A stretch of 64,000 nt of DNA from Camelus ferus (taxonomy: Eukaryota). Made by a program: the position numbers and the translations under genes. The stretch lies in the NCBI RefSeq assembly GCF_009834535.1, contig NC_045696.1, positions 62,064,001-62,128,000 of the forward strand, in the 5' to 3' direction. The notes under the pieces are model-generated. The model was not told the origin of the DNA. It made no database searches and saw only the letters and a program-made list of their open reading frames with translations. Below are positions 54,122 through 64,000 of this stretch, piece by piece (the stretch's first letter is position 1; each line of letters begins with the position of its first letter).

Positions 54122-56843
54122 TAGAAAAAAGCAATCCAAGTTTTTGATGCTAGGAGACATTTTTTCAGACCCTGAGCATTTCAGCTGATCCAAGATTGAA
54201 ATTCCAGAAAAATGCCTTGGTAAATGTTGCTTGCTGACTGTCTTGAACACTTAATTTAGATCCAAGGCACTCTTTAAAAAAATTTATATTAGAATATTGC
54301 ATTTTTCCACCATTTCCAACCGCACAGCAGATACCAGATCAGCTTATTACAAATGGAATTAAAATGCTGTTACTTTTTCTTATACAATAAAACTGTTTCA
54401 AATTCCCAGAATGAGGTTAATCATTCAGCACCACTTTGTAAGGGCCCAGAGCCTTCTAATATCTTTAAAATTTAATCCAGGATCAGATTCATCATAGAAG
54501 CTCCACCCGCTGCAATGTAAGCACTGCTACCTCCTCCTTGAGAATAAGATACAACAGAAGCAGAGCCACTATGCTCAAATATATGCTAGCTGCTTTGGGG
54601 GGAGGGGCAAGATGTTCAGGAAGGGACTTGTTACAGAATTCCATAGATGAGCCCCGAACAACCGGACATGATGCTTTCTTACCAACATGAAACATTCCAT
54701 GCTAATTTAAATATAGTTTAATGGTAAAAACAGTGCCTCAATCATTTATATTTTGTGGTTTGATTCCTCTCTACATCATTCAAGCAATTAAAAAATCAGT
54801 TATCTGGCAAAATTAAACAGAATAATAACTGAATTAAACTCTGACAGTGAAAAAGTTGAGTGAGATAAAAATATTTTTAACACATCAAAATAATTTACAA
54901 TTTGGGGAAATGTTACAGAACCAATTCTGATGTATATCCATACCATGTAGACAGTTTAAAGGCAAAACGTCAAGCAACTTGTTTCCTGATATATCACTGA
55001 TTTATTTGCTCTTTCAAAGATTTTTTTCTGTGCTTTGGATTTTTAATCAATCCGTTAGCAGAAAAGTATCATAACCCAACTACATCTGAAATAACGAATA
55101 AAACACTGTGAAAGTGTTGGTCTCAGAGTATTTCATATTTAAAATCTTGCACGTTACATTTTATGCCATAGCTTCGCTATAATTAAATGGTATTTTTTTT
55201 TAAACTTGAAAGTTGTATTAACCAATGACAGCAAAAAGCTGGATAACAGTGAAAGGGAAACTTTCTTCTTCATCTACAGAATTATCTTGTCTTTCTTCCA
55301 CTATATTTGGGGCTTTCTAAGCACTGTATGTGTACTGCAATTAGAAAATGACCAGGATAGTTGCTAATGAAGTCTGTTGAATTTTACAAAACTAAAGTTA
55401 ACAATTCATGTACTTATATTCAAAGACCTACATCTCTAATTTAATAAACAAAGCTTTGTGTGGAAAAGTATACTGTGCTATATCCCAGAGACAGTGAGCC
55501 AAAAGACAACTCCCTTATCAACAATTACTACTCTTAATTCCAAATCTGCCCAAAGTTACTTTTAATTTTAATTTCCTAAACTATTCCCTATTCTGTCTCA
55601 TTCCTCTTGAGCAATTTTATCAGAAGAGAGAGGAGCTAAAACTAGGTTACATTTCTAAAACAGCACAGAAAATGGCTGGCTGTCCAGTAAAATTACCCTG
55701 ATAAGAAAACGCCTGCAAGTCAAAGTCACATGAACTTTATGAAACTTAAATGAAAGGTCAAGTGTCAAAGGTAACTAGGAAAAGAACAAGTAAACTATGC
55801 TCCTTAAAAGACTATATATAAAAAAATAAATTTACCAAATCAGAACTGAATAGTTCTTAGGATATTTCACTACAGTGCTTCACAGGTCCCACTGATGTTC
55901 TTTCATCTTAAAACTTTCATATTCATGGTTTTAGACATTTTAATTTTAAAAATCCACAAGCACAAATGTGTAACAAGTTTTAATACTGGCATTTATAACA
56001 ACTTATTTACATATATACTATCAGCTAAAATTGGTAGATCTCAAAATACAACTTCTCCAGTTTCTGAACACACGTGGGATTTGTCTCATTAATTATGTAT
56101 TTGTCGTTCTGCACTGGGCCTTAATGAAAATTCAGCAAATTAATTTACGTACACTTCTGTTCACCTAAAAATATATAAGTAAGTACATTACTTTGGCATG
56201 TGTCTCACTAAACAAAATGCCAGGCAAAGTTCAAACACATCTACTCAACCTACCTTTAACATGGTTTAGCTTAAAGGGCTGGCTACACAATAAATGTTAA
56301 CATGTAATATATTCAGGTATAATAATACCATATTATGTTTGTTTTAATTATCATTAGGAATTTATGAGTAGTTCTTGTTCAATTTTTAAACAAAGTGAAT
56401 GAGTTCAAGCTACTTATTTTTGATTAAAATTTATGGCACCTAAAACTGCAGAAAGAATGTGAGAAGTGTGAATTTGGGGCTTTACATGCAAAACTTAATT
56501 TTGACTGTTTTGAAACTGCGCAAATATGACAGGTAAGCACTGAAGTATCTTAGGATTTTTTTGTTTGCTTTTAAATGATGTTGTTTAATAAATCAGTATC
56601 AGAAATACATTCTACAAAAGACTTTCAAACTGCTCAAGGAACATGATATTAGTAGTAATCATAATATCATCAACATTATTAATAACAATTATTTAATAAT
56701 TATCTCCTACTTATCAGGCATTGTATAAAGTGCTTTACAGATGTAAGAAAAATTATCAAATACTTACAAAAAAAGTGGGAAATTAGGCGGCATACTCTTA
56801 CAATGCTATATGGGTTAAAAAAAAAAAAAAAGATTATGTAGGG

Positions 56844-57061
56844 CAACAGTTCTCAACCAGGGACTTTTGTCCCCTCAGGGAACATTTGACAATGTCTGGA
56901 GACATTTTTGTTCCCACACTAGAGGAGGGAGGGTCTACTGCTATCTAGTGGGTAGAAAAGTCAAGGATGCTACTGAAAGTCCTACAATTTACAGGACAGC
57001 ACCCTACCACCAAGAATTATCTAGTCCTAAATGTCAACAGTGCCAAGGTTAAGAAAAGCCC
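56844..57061. mobile_element. MER20 DNA transposon
   Basis: gttctcaaccaggg...gacaatgtctggagacattttt...caagaattatctagtcctaaatgtcaacagtgccaagg. Confidence 0.9.
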
Positions 57062-58956
57062 GATTTAAAGGGAATGTACTTAAATTCACTATTTGTTACT
57101 GATTAAAAATCCCGGATTTGGTAAAGTTACACAATTACCTGTAGATTTTTATCCAGTAGAGAAGTAAACAATTAGCAGCACCCAGTTGAAAAGTGATTAG
57201 GTGCCTTGTTGGACATGAGCCAGTTTCTATCTAACTCAGCAATCTTGTATTAACATTGTCTATACATACCTAGTTTACAAACATACTCTAGGCGTGTTTA
57301 GCATCTTACTGGTTTACCTCATTAATGAGTGGAATGCAATTTGTTCATTTTCTATTTGCTTAGTAATAACTTTCCTTTTTTGAAAACTACGCATTAACAC
57401 ATGCATTTAGCCTATTTAATCCAAGTACCTCATGAGGTAAAAATTATAATGTCCATTCAGTAAATGAGGAACCCAAGGCCTTGAGAGGTTAAATGATTAA
57501 TCTAAGTTGTTGTAGCTAGCAGAAAAGAGAATCACGTTTGACTCCATTTCTAACAGTTAGTAAATTAAAGTAGTGAACAGATATTTAGTGAGTCAACTTT
57601 AAAATTCAAAGTCCTTATTACTCTTTCTAGCTGCTAGAATGACAAATTAGGTCTATAAGGCAAGCTTTAAAACACTGTGAGCAATTAGTTATCTGTTTAA
57701 GTCAGAGTTTTCTCAATACTGTGTAACAAAATTAGAAAAAAAATATGCTGAGTCTAACAATATTGAAATGTTTTACGTTATCGAAACTGCCTTACTGTTC
57801 ATATTTATAATAAGCAAATGTTATAAATCTGAACTTGTAAGTAAGTGTATGGTAATAAAATAATACCTGTATTACATATGACAGTTCCATGCATAAGATT
57901 TCGCTTCCACTTAAAATCTTATAAAAAGGGGTGAAGGGTTAAAACACCAGAGGAATATCGAACCAAACCTTTTTACCTATCACATTGTCAAGAGATCAGA
58001 GTTTAAAACTGTGGAAAAATTAGATTATTTACTTAGTAATAAAAATGGTCCATTATATAAAAACTCCAGGTACTAAAAATGCTGAATTATTAAGTTACTA
58101 TACAATTAAGATGAACTAACAATTTTTTTTATTAAGTCCTTAAGAAGCAGCTAAATTTGTGGATTCAGCAGCCGTTAAAAATAATCAGGATTGTGCATTT
58201 TTTTCAGACCCCCTTCATGAATCTGACAAGTCCCTGTCCCCCAACCTACTCACTTTGAAAACACTAAGATCTATCAATAAATATCTGAATTCAGTACTAA
58301 GAACTCACTACCATCTATTTTTTAATAAACAATTATAATTCCTGAAAAGAGATATTACATCTAAAGACCAAGGCTTTAAATCTTAAAGAATATCTGAATT
58401 TAATTTTCACACTCACCAAAAAAACAATAAAACTGCTAAGTAATAACCGCTAAAATATGGCACTATTTGCCAGGACTCTTCCAGTTGCTTTATACATAGT
58501 AATTTACTTAATAATTATAATACTAAGTTTAAATAAATATGTTATAGATTGTAACTGATGTAACATTTGAGTTTCCATGGTAATGGCTCAATGAAGAATT
58601 AACATTCACTGATAATTTCCACATTAGAAACTATTCCCAATAGAATCTCCTAATAATTCTTACAATGAAGAAAATGCAGTAACAGCACAACACTGTAAGA
58701 GGGTCAGAGGGAATTCAAATAGTTAATGGAGTTAGAGAAAGACTTTTTCTTAAGTCATATGAAGGAAGGATTAATGCTAGGGTTCTGTTTTATTAGCTTC
58801 TTTTTTAAACAGTAGGAATACAGCAATAACATCATATACCTATGAATTTGCTATCAATTTTTCTGGTAAAGCGTAGCCCAAGATAATGTGGACACTTTTG
58901 TTTTAAGTAGGCTTAAAAAGTTGACTTAGTAAAGGTACCATAAAACTGATTAAATA

Positions 58957-61900
58957 GGTGGCCAAGTTGGTAGAGTAGGAAGATCCTAAGTTCACCTCCT
59001 CCCATGGGCACAACAAAATTACAATTAATTACATAGTAACTATGGATGCGAATGAGCTGGAGGTCAGCAGAAAAGATTTTCCATAACTAAATATATAAAG
59101 AAAGAACCACAAGATGGGTAAGAGGGGCAGAAATGCAGTACAGTCAAGATGCATACCTCTGGGTAGGCAACTCACGAATGGGAGGATAAACACAATCGCA
59201 AAGGTTCTTCCTAAGAAGGAAGGGGTCTGAGCCCTACATCAGGATCCCAATCCTGGGGGACCTATCCTGGAAAGATGAGTCCCCAGAATGTCTGGCTTTG
59301 AAGGTCAGTAGCACTTATGTATTCAAGAGCAGGAGACAGGAAACAGACTGATCTTAAAGGGCACATGCAAAATCTCACATGCTCTGAGACCCAGCACAAA
59401 GGCAGTAACTTGAGAGGTTACTGGCTCAGGCCCACTTACTGATCTTGGAGAAGCCTCTCAGAGAGGTAGGAGGGACTCCCACTAGGGATGCTGGTGACAG
59501 CCATTTTGGGAGCCAGTTCTACCACAAGGACGCTGGTGCTGGGAAGTGCCATTTTGAAGTCCTCTCTCTGACTATTAGTGCTGGGATCCAGCTCTGACCA
59601 CCAGTAGGCCAGCATCAGCACAGGGATCCAGGTACTAGCAGCCAGATGCCATAGGAGCCACCAACACTCACCAGCTGGCCAGGAACATGACTCTTTGGCA
59701 GTGTAGCTACCGCATCAGGACTTAGCCTTACCCTGGCCCTGCACGAGGTGGGGCCTCGCAGCAAACCTATCTAATACATACAAATAAACACGGAGAATTA
59801 GCCTAAGTGTGGTAAACAAAGAATATGTTCCAAACGAAGGAACAAGATAAAACGCTAGAAGAACTAAATAAAGAGGAGATAAGCAATCTACCCAAAAAGA
59901 GTTCAAGATAGTGATCATAAAGATTCTGAACAAACTCAGGAGAAAAATGGATAAACACGGTGAGAAATTTAACAAAGAGTCAGAAAAATATAAAGAACCA
60001 GAGCTGAAGAATACAATTACTGAAATAAAAAATACACTAGAAAGAGTCAACAGCAGATTAGACGGTACAGAGGAACAGATCAGTGAAATGTAAGACAGTG
60101 AAATGGAAATCACCCAAGTTGAACAGAAAAAAAAAAAAATTTTTTAAAAGGAGGACAGTTTAAGGGACTTTGGCAAAGTATCAAGCATACCAACAAATTA
60201 CAGGGGCTCCAGAAAAGGAGAGAGGGAAAAAAGGGCAGAGAACTTATTTGAAGAGATAGTAGCCAAAAACTTCCCTAACCTGGAAAGGAAACAGACGTCC
60301 AGGTCCAGGAAACACAGAGTCCCAAACAAGATCAACCCAAAAAGGTCTACACAAACACATGTAATTAAAATGGCAAAAATTAAAGATAAAGAGAGAATAT
60401 TTAAAGCAGCAAGGGAAAAGCAACTAATTACATTCAAGGGAATTTCTGTAAGACTGTCAGCTGACTTTTCAGCAGAAATTTTGCAGGCCAGAAGGGAGTG
60501 GCATGATATATTTTAAATGATGAAAGGAAAAAACCCTACAACCAAGAATACTCCACTCAGCAAGACTATCATTCAGGTACAGACAAGGATATGCTAAAAC
60601 AGTTCAGCACCACTAAACTGGCCTTAAAAAAATGTTAAAGAGACTTCACTGAGTGGAAAAGAAGACGCCACAACTAGAAATATAAAAACTATGAAAGGAA
60701 AAATCTCATTGGTAAAGGCAAACATTCAGTAAAGGTAGATCAACCATTTAAAATCATCTATATCCACAATAAGTATTTAAGGGATATACAAAACACAAAG
60801 ATGTAAAATATAATGTCAAAAACATTAAATGTAGGTGGAAGGAGTAAAAATGCAGGGTTGTTAGAATATGTTTGAACTTAAGTGACCATTAACTTAAGAT
60901 ATATATAAATCACCAACCAAAAATCCTAATGGTACACACACACAAAAGAGAAAGAAATCCAAATGGAACACTAAAGATAAAGATCAAATCAAAGGGAAAA
61001 AAGCAAAAGAAAGGAACAAAAAAGAAGTACAAAACAACCCCCAATTAACAAAATGGCAATAAGTACATAACTATCAATAATTACCTTAAATGTAAACAGA
61101 CTAAATGCTCCAATCATAAGACATAGAATGGCTGAAAGGATACAAAAATAAGACCTATATATGCTTCCTAGAAGACACTCACTTGAGATCTAAAGGCACA
61201 CACAGAATGAGAGTGAAGAGATGGAAAAAGGAATTCCATGCAAATAGAGATGAAAAGAAAGCTGGAGTATCAAGTTATACCAGACAATATACCTTTAAAA
61301 CAAAGATTGTAATTAGACAAAAAAGAGCATTAGATAATGAAAATCTTCCAACAAGATACAACAATTGTAACATATATGCACACAACAAAGGAGCACCTAA
61401 ATATATAAAGCAAATATTAATAAACATAAAGAAAGAAACTGATGTAACAAAATAGTAGTAGGGGACTTTACCACCCCACTTGCATCATTGGACATATCAT
61501 CCAGACAGAAAATCAATAAAGAAACACTGGCCTTAAATGAACAACAGACCAGATGGACTTAATTGCTATATACAGAACATTCCATCTGAAAGCAGAATAT
61601 ACATTCTTTTCAAGGACACATGGAACATTCTCCAGAACAGATTACATACTGACCACAAAACAGGCCTTGATAAATTTAAGAAAACTGAAGTCATATCAAA
61701 CATTTTTTTCCAACCACAATGACACTAGAAATCAATGACAAGAAAAAACCGTGAAAAACACAAACATGTGGAGGCTAAATAATATCTACTAAACAACCAA
61801 TTAGTCACTGACGAAATTAAAGAGGATATTAAAAATACCTGGAGATGACGAAAATGGAAACACAATCTAAAAATCTATGGGACATAGCAAAAGTGCTCTA

Positions 61901-64000
61901 AGAGGGAAGTTTATCATGATACAAGCCTACCTAAGGAAACAAGAAAAATCTCAAACAACCTAACCTTACACCTAAAGGAACTAGAAAAAGAACAAACAAA
62001 ATCCAAAGTTAGTAGGATGAAAGAAATGATAAAGATCAGAGAAGAAATAAATGAAGTTTACTTTTCCTAAAAGAAAATAGATAATAAAACTAATAGTTGG
62101 TTCTTTGAAAAGATAAACAAAATTGACAAATCTTTAGCCAGACTCATCAAGAAAAAAAGGGAAAAGACACAAATAAATAAAATAAGAAATGAAAAAGAAG
62201 TTACAACCAATAGTGCAGAAATATAAAGAATAAGCTACTATGAACAATAATATGGAAATAAAATGGACAACCTAGGAGAAATGAGAACGTCATAGAAATG
62301 TAAAATCTCCAAGACTGAATCAGGAAGAAACAGAATATACGAACAGAACAATTACCAGTAATGAAAATGAACCAGTAATTTAAAAAACACCCAACAAACA
62401 AAAATGCAGGACCAGACAGCTTCATGTATGAATTCTACCAAACTTTTAAGGAGGAATTAATGCCTATCTTTCTCAAACCATTCCCAAAAACTGTAGAGGA
62501 AGGAATGCTTCTGAACTCATTCTATGAGCCCAGCACCCCCCGACACCAAAATCAGACAAGGACACAACAATAAAAGAAAATTACAGGCCAATATCACTGA
62601 TGAACATAGGTCCAAAACCCCAACAAAATAGCAAAGTGAATTCAACATTACATTAAAAGGGTCATATACCATGATCAAGTGGGATTTATCTCAGAAACAA
62701 AAAGTATTGTTCACTATCTGCAAATCAGTCAATGTGATACACCACATTAACAAACTGAAGAATAAAATTCGTATGATCATCTCAATAGATTCAGAAAAAG
62801 CTTTTGACAAAATTCAACATCCATCTGTAACAAAATCTCTCAACAAAGTGATTACAGAGGGAACATACCTCAATATGATAAAGGCCACATATGACTAGCC
62901 CACAGGTAACATCATAATCAGTGGTGAAAAGCTTTTCCTCTAAGATCAGGAACAAGACAAAAATTCCTGCTCTTGCCACTTTTATCCAATATAGTATTGG
63001 AAGTCCTAGCCATAGCAATCAGACATGAAAAAGAAAAGGAATTCAAATTGGAAAGGAAGTAAAACCATCATTGTTTGAAGATGACATGATATTGCATACA
63101 GAAAATCCTACAGATGCCACCAAAAAACTAGTACAAGTCATCAATGAATTTGGTAAAGTTTGAGAATACAAAATTAATACAGACATCTGCTGCATTTCTA
63201 TATACTAACAATGAACTATCAGAAATAGAAACAAAGAAAACAATCCTATTTACAATTGCATCAAAAAGAGTAATATATCTAGGAATAAATCTAACTAAGG
63301 ATGTAAAAAAGCCTGTACTTGGAAAACTAACACACTGATGAAAAATTGAGGATGAAACAAACAGATGGAAAGATATACCATGCTCATGGCCTGGAAGAAT
63401 TAATATTGTTAAAATGACCATACTACCCATGGCAATCTACAGATTCAATGCAATCCCTATCAAAATACCAATGGCATTTCTCAAAGAACTAGAACAAATA
63501 ATTGTAAAATCTTTATGGAAACATTAAAAACCCCAAATAGCCAAAAGAATCTTAAGAACAGAGAACAAACCTGGAGGTATCATGCTCCCCGATTTCAAAC
63601 TATACTACAAAGCTACAGTAAACGTAACAGTATGGAATTGGCACTAACAGCCACAAAAATCAATGAAACAGAACTGCGAGCCCAGAAATTATCCCACACT
63701 TATGGTCAATCCATCTATGACAAAGGAGACAAGAATATACAATGGGGAAAACACAATCTTTTCAATAAATGGTGTTGGGGAAATTGGACAGCTAAATGCA
63801 AAAGAATCAGATTGGTCTATGTTCTCATACCATATACAAAAATAAACTCAAAATGGATTGAAGACTTAGATGTAAGACTTGAAGCCATAAAAACCCTAGA
63901 AGAAAATATAGGCAATATGCTCTCTGACATCAGTCTCAGAAGTATTTTTTTGGAATGTCTTCTCAAGCAAGGGAAACAAAAGCAAAAATACATGGGACTA
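58957..64000 (+). mobile_element. Near full-length inactive LINE-1 (5' UTR, ORF1, ORF2), running off the window
   Basis: 5' end ccaagttggtagagtaggaagatcc. ORF1 remnant about 59810-60680. ORF2 starts at 61053 with an early TAA. RT motif LFEDDM at 63071-63088. Many stops and frameshifts. Confidence 0.95.

Larger units (their letters stand above)
1..64000 (-). other. DLG1: Internal part of the DLG1 (discs large MAGUK scaffold 1 / SAP97) gene; mostly intron
   Basis: Three exons whose translations match the recalled DLG1 N-terminal region, in the expected order on the minus strand. The L27 exons lie beyond the right edge and the PDZ exons beyond the left edge. Confidence 0.97.

Noticed and set aside
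53972..54250. 92-aa ORF as a stand-alone gene
   Set aside because: Only the 21-codon core shows homology; the flanks look like UTR and intron.
548..63845. Many 60-130 aa hydrophobic ORFs
   Set aside because: Typical of antisense L1/L2 or AT-rich chance ORFs, with no splice or homology support.
58957..64000. Active L1 or functional reverse transcriptase
   Set aside because: Stop at the sixth ORF2 codon, numerous frameshifts, and an altered FADD motif (FEDD).
30154..64000. Exact MDCLCIVTTK- or MFFACYC-type first exon
   Set aside because: Not found by eye at the minus-strand donors I inspected. It may lie outside the window or have been missed.
1..64000. CRISPR array, operon or other prokaryotic system
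   Set aside because: The sequence is mammalian intron, with no regularly spaced repeats or dense coding structure.

Overview
AT-rich mammalian genomic DNA, most likely from a camelid because it carries a Vic-1-type tRNA-derived SINE. The whole window lies inside the DLG1 (SAP97) gene, which is transcribed on the minus strand. Three DLG1 coding exons are recognisable: the 165-nt KYRYQDED exon (29989-30153), an internal alternative first exon encoding MNYIFGNN...SSTQ (20585-20818), and the 99-nt proline-rich I1A cassette exon (1028-1126, missed by the ORF track). The rest is intron packed with decayed repeats (L1, L2, MIR, MER5/20/58, MLT1, MER68/77-like and ERV LTRs, and a two-ended Looper/piggyBac fossil). 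Almost all other ORFs in the track are repeat-derived or chance. The most striking observation is an apparent vestigial first exon at 54059-54121 (MLGYYKVACTNSTVSFFFGCK). It matches the palmitoylated DLG2/PSD-93 N-terminus MICHCKVACTNNTLSLMFGCK, but both palmitoylation cysteines and the GT donor are each one substitution away from intact. Repeat names and homologue sequences are recalled, not searched, and repeat boundaries are approximate.
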